From assembly GCA_964016885.1 (NCBI GenBank), contig OZ024749.1, positions 38,626,001-38,690,000 of the forward strand: a stretch of 64,000 nucleotides of DNA, in the 5' to 3' direction. The notes below the pieces were generated by a model. That model worked only from the letters and a program-made list of their open reading frames with translations. It made no database searches and was not told where the DNA came from. A program made the translations under genes and the position numbers. Positions 25,431 to 38,293 of the stretch are shown in pieces. The first letter of the stretch is position 1. Each line of letters opens with the position of its first letter. This DNA comes from Eledone cirrhosa. Lineage: Eukaryota.

Positions 25431-26333
25431 ACATCCACCATTTTAAAGAAACATAAACGTTAATGGTGGGAATCAAAGAAGGAAGAATCAGTTCTGCGAG
25501 GAACAATGAAGAAGATAAAAAAATATGTTGGAGGACAAGAAATAAAATAAATGTGATGTTATGGGGGAAGTACTTTCTGTCAACAAGCTTTGATAAAGAA
25601 CTTTATAAAACAGATTTAGATATTTGACACTTTCTATATTTTAACCACTATTAGACAGATCTGCTGAACTTTTCCCTCTGATGTTTTGTATTTCTTTTTT
25701 TTTTTTTGATGTTGAATGAAAAAAAAACAATGTTATAATAATTAACTAATATAATTATTAAGAAGGTCATGGGAGGGGTAGAGAATGGCTGAATGGTTGG
25801 AAATCAAACAAAACACTATGCAGCATTGTTATGCCTTTTTCTTTAATTCTAAGTTCGAATCTTGCTGAAACCAACTTTGCCTTTCTTCCCCTTGGGTGCC
25901 AATAAAATAAATACCAGACAAGTACTGAGGGTTAATATATTCAACTACATGAAAAAAAATTGGCTGATTTTATATCTAAATTAAAAACCACTATTAATTA
26001 GAGATGTTATTTTATTTTTAAAAAACTCTGTTTGAAATAAACAATAACAAAAATGTAATTATAAATATACACTTTGTTTTGTTTTTTTTTATTTAAATTC
26101 TAGTATGTTTATGTGAGTATGAGCTTGAGTGTGTGTTTGGTTGATGAACTCGCCCAGGATTGTAAGCCTGACACTCTAACCACTAAGCCATGCTCATGGG
26201 ATTGTGAGTATGACTTCCATATATATATATATATATATATACATATATGTAAAAGGTAAACAGAAATAACGACACAATTGGTACAGTATATGGAAGGAAT
26301 ATATTAGGTTAACGTTTGAAATAGCAGGAAGAG

Positions 26334-26374
26334 CCTCTTAACGTTTCAGATGCTAGTCCTTCATCAGGAGAAAG
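26334..26374 (-). ncRNA. Minimal hammerhead-like motif in a (TA)n-flanked PLE terminal fragment (26250-26420)
   Basis: Minus strand: ttctc CTGATGA agga ctagca tct GAAACGTT aagag. Stem III is a palindromic ACGT. Stem I is weak. Confidence 0.5.
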
Positions 26375-26416
26375 AATGAGAAATAAGATAGATTGAAGGG
26401 ATGGGCGGGATATATG

Positions 26417-26454
<38 letters not shown>

Positions 26455-28298
26455 AAGGCATACTCACACTTAATATGAAAGAGTACCAATGGAATGTTCC
26501 AGGCAAAACGACAGTAAAAGCTAAATATAATGATATGAGAGAGAGAAAAGAAGGCATGCACAATAGTAGAAATCAGCTACTCAGTGGTAAAAATGTGTAA
26601 AAAGAATACTTATAATACTTGTGCAGAACTAATGAGGAATCTGTAGATACTCCACCCTGACTATACCTTTAGTTTTGCACCTATGGTCATTGGGTATTTA
26701 GTTATGTTACAAACTGTCATGTGAAGCTGAGCTTCACATGACAGTAGGAAGTTACAATAAGAGTTCATTAATAGAACAGTGATATTATATAAAACATTCC
26801 AGGAATTTAGCATATAATAAATGCATATACACAGGTCTTGTAGGTGTCACGACAAAAAAAAAAAATACCGTCTATGCTGTGGTGTGGTCGTGTAGGTAAC
26901 ACGGTAAAATGCTTCCAGTCCACACTGTAAATGGGGTTGGTGTTAGGAAGGGCATCCAACCGTAGAAAACCTGCCAGATAGTCCTATATGAGCGAGACAA
27001 GGTCACCCGACCAATCTTGCCTCAATGGGACAATTCTCGTCTAACCCATCCTAGTCTTACAATTGTTTCCATTATAGAATTGTCTATAAATTGCTAAATG
27101 CTGGAGTCAGTATAACTCAATTTACAATACATCTAAGTTCAATCATTTCATCAGAGACTATTAAGAAATATAAAATATATGCTGATAAACTCCGACCTCA
27201 CACAGTTACACCTCACCAAGACAATGTCACTGGACCGAGACCTTTGGCGGTACTCAGTAATAGAGAAGACCCGCCTTACCTAAATACAAAGTAAAACCTA
27301 CTACAGTCAGTAGGCATCTCTAACAAAATACACCCCCGTCCCACCACCCCCACCCCATCCACACCACCCCCTCTATGTAAAGTTATGTTGGTGCCACACC
27401 ATCCAGGCCGAAACAAATGAGATCGTGTAGGTGTCACGACAAAAAAACACACAGTCCACGCTGTAATGTGGCCGTGTAGGCAACACGGTAAAAACCTCCC
27501 AGACCCACACTGTAAATGTGGTTGGTGTTAGGAAGGGCATCCAACTGTAGAAAACCTGCCAGACAGTCCTATGCGAGCAAGACAATCACTCTTGCCTCAA
27601 GTGGGAAAACCCCCGTCCAAACCCATGCAAGCGTGGAACACGGACGTTAAACGATGATGATGATGATGATGATGATGCGTAACGGTAAACTTAAAAATTC
27701 AAATTACTACATCAATAATAGTATTAATGATAAATAAATAAAGGAAGGGGGACAGGTGGAAATGAGAGAGAAAGAAAGAAAATGACAAAAGAAGGAACGA
27801 AGATATAGTTAAATGTATAACCGGCAAAAGTTACGAAATCAAACTATTACATCAAAACAAATATAATTTTAATAATAATAAAGATATATATAGAAAGAGA
27901 TAAGGGGGATATAGCATAGGCAAAGAGGAAGGATGTATATATACATATGTGTGCGTATGTATATATATATATATGTATGTAAATATATATATATGTAAAT
28001 ATATATATATATGTATATTTATATATATGTATATATATGTATATTTATATATATGTATATATATGTATATTTATATATATGTATGTGTATATATATGTAT
28101 ATGTATATATATATTTGTATGTATATAACGTAGGAAGTGTGGTAAGGAACCAGGTGGACCATAACGCACCAGAGTACTCGATACTTTGGGTAGTAGAGTG
28201 GGTAATAGGAAAAATTACCACGCTAAAAATCTAATTTAGTCGCGAAATTGCCGTCGGGGTCATACTTTTTCCTATTACATATATTACATATATGTATA

Positions 28299-28382
<84 letters not shown>

Positions 28383-28879
28383 GTGCAAATTTATACGGGA
28401 ACAAAACAGAGAGGCAAACAAATAAAGGTTTATTAGTTTCACGCTTTTGAGAGGGGGGGCGACGTTTCGGGCATAAGCCCTTCTTCCGGAGTAAATAGGT
28501 TAGGAAGAGAGTTCAGAGGGTGTGTGGAACTACATTTAGAAAAAAGGGGGAAGGAGAACAAATATACATAAATGTATATATATATATGTGTGTATATGTC
28601 TGGCTTTCTGGAGAATAGAGGAAAGGTGTTTCCTCGAAAACCAGTATGACTCTAAAAACCGGTTTGTCTGTGTGTTTACATACAGAATAGCTGGACACTC
28701 ACAGTAAAGTGTCCAGTGAAAAACTCGGTACATCTACATATGTACACGTGTGTGTATTCATATGCATACTAGTATTTCAGTATACATATGTGGATGTACA
28801 TTTTTAACTTAATTGTTTAAGCGTCAGTCATACAAAAGTGAGTTACAAACGAAACAAAATTTAATTTCGTTTCGTTATT

Positions 28880-28918
<39 letters not shown>

Positions 28919-28923
28919 TTGTG

Positions 28924-29031
<108 letters not shown>

Positions 29032-29555
29032 CACATGTTTATTTTCAATATAGAAATAATAGCAAAGAAGGGGAAATAAAAGGAAAGAAAGAATAGGGGG
29101 GAAAAGAGGAGAGAAAGAAAGAAGAAAAAGAACGGGAAGGGAAGGGTGATTAGGCTTTGGGCCTCGGGCAAGACTGCAGAAGTGCTGCGCCGCCACCCAA
29201 CCTCGCCGGGCTCCCTCCTCAGACGGGCCGCCGACGCTCTGATCTTGCGGGGGAGCTCGGCAGTACGGGGTCCAACGGCGATCGGTGTGAAGAGGAAGCG
29301 GGCGTATAGAGCTAGTAAACTATGACAGACTAGAGGAAGTATCGAGTACACCTTACAGTTGGTAATCCAAAAAAAGATAGTGGGACACGTAATACAAAAT
29401 AAGTTAATTAAGAAGGAGAAAACAAGAAAGATAACTCCTATAACCATAAGACATATTATCTGGAAGTTATCGTCCTTAGACCATATCACACCCGAGACAG
29501 ATTACTTTGTTTATTATTTTTATAACGCACACACACAATAGAGATATAAATATGC

Positions 29556-29700
29556 AGGTAAAATTCCGTTATAACGAATACCATTATAACGAAATCCCCG
29601 GCAACACGCTCGTTGTGGTAGGTTAATCTCGTTATAAAGAATTTTTTGTTACAACGATTTTTTTATACCGTGTGAATTACGTTATAACGGAATTCTACTG
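29556..29700. mobile_element. Tc1/mariner/pogo-type MITE
   Basis: Terminal inverted repeats cag.taaaattccgttataacg / cgttataacggaattctactg, followed by TA. Confidence 0.65.
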
Positions 29701-30066
29701 TATATATATATATATATAAATAAAGGAACGATCGACTTTCGTCAAATCGGACCGAGGGAACAATGTTTCCTTTGGTCTTTCCAATTGCTAATACTATCTA
29801 TCGGTCGCAACTCCAGGTAGAAGGAGTAACGTAAAATAAAGTGTCTTGCTCAAGGACATAACGCATCGCCTGGTCCAGGAATCGAACTCACAATCGTACG
29901 ATTGCGAATCCAATTCTCTAACCACTCAGCCACACCCCGTCGGGGTACTACTCGTTCCTATTACCCACTCTACTACCCTAAGTATTGAGTACTTTGGTGT
30001 GTTATGGTCCACCTGGTTCCTTACCACATTTCCTTCGTTATATATATATATATATACGGAATTCTA

Positions 30067-30104
<38 letters not shown>

Positions 30105-30388
30105 CGAAGGAAATGTGGTAAGGAACCAGGTGGACCATAACGCACCAAAGTACTCAATACTTAGGGTAGTAGAGTGGGTAACAGGAACGAGTAGGACCCC
30201 GACGGGTGAGCTCAAGCCGTTTCGACGGCTAATTCTGGTCCAGAATTAGCCGTCGAAACGGCTTGAGCTCAGCCGTCGGGGTCCTACTCGTTCCTATATA
30301 TATATATATACAGTAGAATTCCGTATATATATTTATATATATATATATATATGTATATTATTTATATATATATATATATATTATTTAT

Positions 30389-30437
<49 letters not shown>

Positions 30438-30604
30438 AACGAGTAGGACCCCGACGGCTGAGCTCAAGCCGTTTCGACGCCGTCGAAACGGCTTGAGCTC
30501 AGCCGTCGGGGTCCTACTCGTTCCTATTACCCACTCTACTACCCTAAGTATTGAGTACTTTGGTGCGTTATGGTCCACCTGGTTCCTTACCACATTTCCT
30601 CCGT

Positions 30605-30637
<33 letters not shown>

Positions 30638-31149
30638 TTTATTAAAATGACAAGAGGCTGGACTGGTGAAGTTCCCTTAAAGTTTTATTGTTCCAAAAAC
30701 ACTATATATATTTCAACGGCCGTGCGTGTGTGTGTGTGTGTGTTTAAGTGTGCACGCGAGAATGAGTACTCAATACCGTAGTAAAGTTTGAATATTCTAA
30801 GAGATGAGTCTGGCTACTCTGGAGTTTTACATGTGTACTCACAGGTTCATCCGATAAGATCCGTCATGTTTGATGCTCTGTATCTCAAGACCAGGTGTTT
30901 CGACTATGATTGAGTAACACTTTTCAAGGCGGTACATCCAATATGATTGCTGAAACCAGTAAAAGAATTAAGAATCATAGTCCAACAGCTTCCACACCAC
31001 CACTACCACCAATACTAGCATCGACACACCAACACCAATGCCACACAGGATGTGTATCGTATAACTATTGATAAACAGCCCACTTTTCTATCGTAATTAT
31101 ATATATATATATCTTTTACATTTGACTTTATATATACATATATATATAC

Positions 31150-31180
<31 letters not shown>

Positions 31181-31359
31181 CATACATATATATATACATA
31201 TATATATATAAACATGGGTGTGTACGTGTGTATGTAATTAATATACTATTATGTTCCGAACTTAGTACTATGTACGTTAATACTTCACCTAATTTCTCTT
31301 CCTCGTAATGATATTTTGGATCCTTCTTTACCTAACCTATATATACAAACAGTTGTCTT

Positions 31360-32290
31360 CCCTCAGCTGTCTCCACTCACCTAACTCCACTCAGCTGTCT
31401 CCACTCACCTAACTCCACTAAGCTGTCTCCACTCAGCTATCATTGCTCAGCTGTCTTCACTCAGCTGTCTCTACTCACCTAACTCCACTCAGCTGTCTCC
31501 ACTCACCTAACTCCACTAAGCTGTCTCCACTCAGCTATCATTGCTCAGCTGTCTTCCCCCAGCTGTCTCCACTCACCTAACTCCACTCAGCTGTCTCCAC
31601 TCACCTAACTCCACTAAGCTGTCTCCACTCAGCTATCATTGCTCAGCTGTCTTCACTCAGCTGTCTCTACTCACCTATCTCCACTCAGCTGTCTTTACCC
31701 AGCTGTCTTTACTCAGCTGTCTCCACTCAGCTATCATTGCTCAGCTGTCTTCACTCAGCTGTCTCTACTCACCTATCTCCACTCAGCTGTCTTTACCCAG
31801 CTGTCTTTACTCAGCTGTCTTCACTCAGCTATCTTCACTTAGTTGTCTTCACTCGGCTGTCTCTACTCACCTATCTCCACTCAGCTGTCTTTACCCAGCT
31901 GTCTTTACTCAGCTGTCTCCACTCAGCTATCATTGCTCAGCTGTCTTCACTCAGCTGTCTCTACTCACATATCTCCACTCAGCTGTCTTTACCCAGCTGT
32001 CTTTACTCAGCTGTCTTCACTCAGCTATCTTCACTTAGTTGTCTTCACTCGGCTGTCTCTACTCACCTATCTCCACTCAGCTGTCTTTACCCAGCTGTCT
32101 TTACTCAGCTGTCTCCACTCAGCTATCATTGCTCAGCTGTCTTCACTCAGCTGTCTCTACTCACCTATCTCCACTCAGCTGTCTTTACTCAGCTGTCTTT
32201 ACTCAGCTGTCTCCACTCAGCTATCTTCACTTAGTTGTCTTCACTCGGCTGTCCTTCATTCAGCTATATTCACTCAGTTGTCTGCACTCA
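31360..32290. repeat. CAGCTG-rich minisatellite (~14-15-bp subunits with higher-order repeats)
   Basis: Variants of ctcagctgtctcca/ctcacctatctcca are repeated over about 930 bp, with a 98-bp higher-order period visible at the start. Confidence 0.9.
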
Positions 32291-32575
32291 ACTGTTTCAT
32301 TTCAATTCCCATCACCCAGTACCACATCATCTAGCCTTATTATGTTCAGTCCAGAGAGTCATGTTTCAAGGATCCCCACCCAGTTTTAAATAAAAATTAA
32401 CCCTTTTTCTATATTTCTAATAAAAACACAGCCTATACTTTTCAAATTGTTTTGCAAATAATCGAGAATTTAGCTATCTAAATAACATAACTGACTTTCG
32501 CATTATTAAGTTGGTGTTTCGAACATAACTTAGCAATTTCTTACTTATAAATGATGAAAGGTTTATATATATATG

Positions 32576-32649
<74 letters not shown>

Positions 32650-32857
32650 TGTGTGTGTGTGTGTCTGTGTGTGTGTGTGCGTATGTGTGTGTATTATAAA
32701 GAGTCGGGACTCCGCGGCTGAGCTCTTGTCGTTTCAATAGCTAGTTCCAGACTCTGGAACGAGCTCTTTATAATGTAACCATACTCTACTACCCCTATTA
32801 TCGAGTACTCTGTTGAGTAATGATCTAACTAGTTTCAAACTGAATCCACCCTGATCG

Positions 32858-32915
<58 letters not shown>

Positions 32916-33687
32916 GATTTTCATTAAAATTTAGGATACTATGATCGTTATTAAATACATATTTCTTTCGTTGGGTTATCGCCTGTGTTTTAGGGGTGAG
33001 CATGGAAGGATGTTGAAATTTCAACATCATTTGATGCGCAAATCTACATTCTTAATTTTTAATTTTCATTAGGTTTCTTGTGGATCAATTGCTGGGGTCA
33101 CAAAATGTTCTCTATTTCATGGCCTCTATCAAGTGATAGGAGTATCAATTATTCTTTAGTTAAAGTTACCCGAGATACTTTAAACCAGACCTGTCTTTGG
33201 GAGTCACTTCTGTTTTGGGGGTCGAAATATACACGTAAAGAATCTTGGTTAAAATAGTGTGCTGACAATACCACACTTGAAACTTGCCAGTCAAATAACA
33301 GTTCTTTTTGTTCTTTAAAGTATATAGTTACGTCTGTGTCTTAACATGGCGCCTCATCTTAACACCCTCTTGGCAACAATGAAACAAACAGGATAGATAG
33401 GGTCAAAGCACCACCATAGAAAGGGGTTGTTTCAGTCTCTTAAATGTGTGGTCTGTGAAACATTACAACGTCTACATTTTAATCATATCTCATTGTATAC
33501 ATACTGCAGACAAATTACATTGTAACTATTAAAGGAAATAAACTTCGTTTAGGGACACAACACTATGGTAAAGTACCTGCGTCTACATGTGAGAACACAG
33601 ATACCTAAATATGGAATGTTACGCGACCCCCCCCCCCCCCCCCCTACACACACACACACCCCACACACACACACACACACACACAGC

Positions 33688-33865
33688 CCCGGCGGACAGG
33701 AAGGAGAAGGTGTTCCCCCGGTGGACGGCAAGGGAGACGCTCTGGAAAAGCCATTCCAACTCGCGGGGTTCACACCTGCGGTTGGCCAGCTCAGCGCCTA
33801 TGGTGGTTAGTAGGGAGGTAGCCCTAGAGCCGAGGACACCAGAAGTCTCCACTGCCAAGGGTACT
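33688..33865 (-). mobile_element. CRE/HERO-like non-LTR retrotransposon 3' fragment (end of the restriction-like endonuclease)
   Basis: PLAVETSGVLGSRA..LL..IG..LA.RR.EPRE.EWLFQ.VSLAVHRGN matches the C-terminal pattern of RLE-bearing early-branching LINEs. Confidence 0.75.
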
Positions 33866-34379
33866 TTTTTTTACTAACGTATTTTTATTTTGGTACTGGA
33901 AATGAAAATTTAAAAAAATAATTTTATCATTTTTAAATTCACGTAAGTTAAATAAAATATATTTAAATGAATCTATAGAAAGGGTTTGTGTTAACTGTTT
34001 ATCAAATACACTAGGAAATTATCTTATCTGATCTAATGTAGGGTAATAACGTTAATAAATACAAAATGTTTATTCAAAGTCATGTATCTTCTTCATCTGA
34101 AGAATATTCTTGTCAAAATTTCCAAATTTATGCAAGGCTATTACTTAATTAGAAATCCTAACATAATCTATTTGTTTATTATTGCCTAAAAACTGTCAAC
34201 AGACTAAATTTCGCCGGCGTATTCAAGTCATGCAATGAAGTAATATGTGTGTGTGTCATTGTTATTGAATGTTCTGGCAAATACGAAATGTTGGCCTTTC
34301 AGTTAACGACCCATGAAACTTGAATACCTGCTGACCATTGTCAAGGCTGTGCAAGAATGGAAGAACAGAAAAATGACAA

Positions 34380-34415
<36 letters not shown>

Positions 34416-34724
34416 GTAGATAAATTGAAACAAAATGAAAACGAAATTTCATTTCTCACTCTTAGTATGGCACTTACTTAAATGTAAGTATGCATGTATA
34501 CGTACATACATATATGTATACAGACGTACAGTAGCATGCACATATATATATATATATATACATATATACATACATATGCATACAGGTACACATACATATA
34601 TGCACGTATCAGTTTAGCGGCGCTAACGTCGCTTTGTTCGTTTGTAAACAAACTGAACAGCCTGAATTTATGCCATACGGTGTTAAGGCAACCACGTAAC
34701 CTTTTTGTTCAACACTGACACAGG

Positions 34725-34769
34725 AACGATGTACTAGTTTCAAGCTTGTTAGCTATCATCAGCACCGTT
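34725..34769 (-). ncRNA. Type I hammerhead ribozyme (repeated every 468 bp: 35193, 35661, 36129, 36597, 37065, 37533, 38001)
   Basis: Minus strand: aacggtg CTGATGA t agct aaca agct t GAAA ctag TA catcgtt. Stem I has 7 bp with one G-U, stem II 4 bp, stem III is the palindrome ACTAGT, and the GUA cleavage falls between 34732 and 34731. Confidence 0.88.
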
Positions 34770-37700
34770 TACCCATCTGCCAGATAGTTGAACGTTCGAA
34801 AGTATATACTTTCCTTATGAAAATTAACGGCTGAGCAGCCTAATTTGCATATTGAGTGAGTTAAATCGGTCAGGCATACCGAAAACGATAAATTGAAACA
34901 AAATGAAAACGAAATTTCATTTCTCACTCTTAGTATGGCACTTACTTAAATGTAAGTATGCATGTATACGTACATACATATATGTATACAGACGTACAGT
35001 AGCATGCACATATATATATATATATATACATATATACATACATATGCATACAGGTACACATACATATATGCACGTATCAGTTTAGCGGCGCTAACGTCGC
35101 TTTGTTCGTTTGTAAACAAACTGAACAGCCTGAATTTATGCCATACGGTGTTAAGGCAACCACGTAACCTTTTTGTTCAACACTGACACAGGAACGATGT
35201 ACTAGTTTCAAGCTTGTTAGCTATCATCAGCACCGTTTACCCATCTGCCAGATAGTTGAACGTTCGAAAGTATATACTTTCCTTATGAAAATTAACGGCT
35301 GAGCAGCCTAATTTGCATATTGAGTGAGTTAAATCGGTCAGGCATACCGAAAACGATAAATTGAAACAAAATGAAAACGAAATTTCATTTCTCACTCTTA
35401 GTATGGCACTTACTTAAATGTAAGTATGCATGTATACGTACATACATATATGTATACAGACGTACAGTAGCATGCACATATATATATATATATATACATA
35501 TATACATACATATGCATACAGGTACACATACATATATGCACGTATCAGTTTAGCGGCGCTAACGTCGCTTTGTTCGTTTGTAAACAAACTGAACAGCCTG
35601 AATTTATGCCATACGGTGTTAAGGCAACCACGTAACCTTTTTGTTCAACACTGACACAGGAACGATGTACTAGTTTCAAGCTTGTTAGCTATCATCAGCA
35701 CCGTTTACCCATCTGCCAGATAGTTGAACGTTCGAAAGTATATACTTTCCTTATGAAAATTAACGGCTGAGCAGCCTAATTTGCATATTGAGTGAGTTAA
35801 ATCGGTCAGGCATACCGAAAACGATAAATTGAAACAAAATGAAAACGAAATTTCATTTCTCACTCTTAGTATGGCACTTACTTAAATGTAAGTATGCATG
35901 TATACGTACATACATATATGTATACAGACGTACAGTAGCATGCACATATATATATATATATATACATATATACATACATATGCATACAGGTACACATACA
36001 TATATGCACGTATCAGTTTAGCGGCGCTAACGTCGCTTTGTTCGTTTGTAAACAAACTGAACAGCCTGAATTTATGCCATACGGTGTTAAGGCAACCACG
36101 TAACCTTTTTGTTCAACACTGACACAGGAACGATGTACTAGTTTCAAGCTTGTTAGCTATCATCAGCACCGTTTACCCATCTGCCAGATAGTTGAACGTT
36201 CGAAAGTATATACTTTCCTTATGAAAATTAACGGCTGAGCAGCCTAATTTGCATATTGAGTGAGTTAAATCGGTCAGGCATACCGAAAACGATAAATTGA
36301 AACAAAATGAAAACGAAATTTCATTTCTCACTCTTAGTATGGCACTTACTTAAATGTAAGTATGCATGTATACGTACATACATATATGTATACAGACGTA
36401 CAGTAGCATGCACATATATATATATATATATACATATATACATACATATGCATACAGGTACACATACATATATGCACGTATCAGTTTAGCGGCGCTAACG
36501 TCGCTTTGTTCGTTTGTAAACAAACTGAACAGCCTGAATTTATGCCATACGGTGTTAAGGCAACCACGTAACCTTTTTGTTCAACACTGACACAGGAACG
36601 ATGTACTAGTTTCAAGCTTGTTAGCTATCATCAGCACCGTTTACCCATCTGCCAGATAGTTGAACGTTCGAAAGTATATACTTTCCTTATGAAAATTAAC
36701 GGCTGAGCAGCCTAATTTGCATATTGAGTGAGTTAAATCGGTCAGGCATACCGAAAACGATAAATTGAAACAAAATGAAAACGAAATTTCATTTCTCACT
36801 CTTAGTATGGCACTTACTTAAATGTAAGTATGCATGTATACGTACATACATATATGTATACAGACGTACAGTAGCATGCACATATATATATATATATATA
36901 CATATATACATACATATGCATACAGGTACACATACATATATGCACGTATCAGTTTAGCGGCGCTAACGTCGCTTTGTTCGTTTGTAAACAAACTGAACAG
37001 CCTGAATTTATGCCATACGGTGTTAAGGCAACCACGTAACCTTTTTGTTCAACACTGACACAGGAACGATGTACTAGTTTCAAGCTTGTTAGCTATCATC
37101 AGCACCGTTTACCCATCTGCCAGATAGTTGAACGTTCGAAAGTATATACTTTCCTTATGAAAATTAACGGCTGAGCAGCCTAATTTGCATATTGAGTGAG
37201 TTAAATCGGTCAGGCATACCGAAAACGATAAATTGAAACAAAATGAAAACGAAATTTCATTTCTCACTCTTAGTATGGCACTTACTTAAATGTAAGTATG
37301 CATGTATACGTACATACATATATGTATACAGACGTACAGTAGCATGCACATATATATATATATATATACATATATACATACATATGCATACAGGTACACA
37401 TACATATATGCACGTATCAGTTTAGCGGCGCTAACGTCGCTTTGTTCGTTTGTAAACAAACTGAACAGCCTGAATTTATGCCATACGGTGTTAAGGCAAC
37501 CACGTAACCTTTTTGTTCAACACTGACACAGGAACGATGTACTAGTTTCAAGCTTGTTAGCTATCATCAGCACCGTTTACCCATCTGCCAGATAGTTGAA
37601 CGTTCGAAAGTATATACTTTCCTTATGAAAATTAACGGCTGAGCAGCCTAATTTGCATATTGAGTGAGTTAAATCGGTCAGGCATACCGAAAACGATAAA

Positions 37701-38248
37701 TTGAAACAAAATGAAAACGAAATTTCATTTCTCACTCTTAGTATGGCACTTACTTAAATGTAAGTATGCATGTATACGTACATACATATATGTATACAGA
37801 CGTACAGTAGCATGCACATATATATATATATATATACATATATACATACATATGCATACAGGTACACATACATATATGCACGTATCAGTTTAGCGGCGCT
37901 AACGTCGCTTTGTTCGTTTGTAAACAAACTGAACAGCCTGAATTTATGCCATACGGTGTTAAGGCAACCACGTAACCTTTTTGTTCAACACTGACACAGG
38001 AACGATGTACTAGTTTCAAGCTTGTTAGCTATCATCAGCACCGTTTACCCATCTGCCAGATAGTTGAACGTTCGATAGTTGAATGTTCGATAGTTGAACG
38101 TTCGATAGTTGAACGTTTGTTTCAATTTATCGTTTTCGGTATGCCTGACCGATTTAACTCACTCAATATGCAAATTAGGCTGCTCAGCCGTTAATTTTCA
38201 TAAGGAAAGTATATACTTTCGAACGTTCAACTATCTGGCAGATGGGTA

Positions 38249-38293
38249 AACGGTGCTGATGATAGCTAACAAGCTTGAAACTAGTACATCGTT
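38249..38293 (+). ncRNA. Type I hammerhead ribozyme in the inverted terminal copy of the array
   Basis: aacggtgCTGATGAtagctaacaagcttGAAActagTAcatcgtt can be read directly on +; predicted cleavage after 38286. Confidence 0.88.

Noticed and set aside
28455-28492. Intact hammerhead in the terminus related to 40108-40135
   Set aside because: The core reads CGGAAGA on the minus strand and stem I is not evident, so it is treated as a decayed copy.
31541-32389. Repetitive Leu/Ser/Cys-rich ORFs
   Set aside because: They are open in several frames because the minisatellite lacks stops; no ATG or splice support.
34419-34886. Second ribozyme on the plus strand of the unit (ambisense viroid-like or Obelisk-like element)
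   Set aside because: No CTGANGA core on that strand, no rod-like self-complementarity and no ORF. Other ribozyme classes cannot be excluded by eye.
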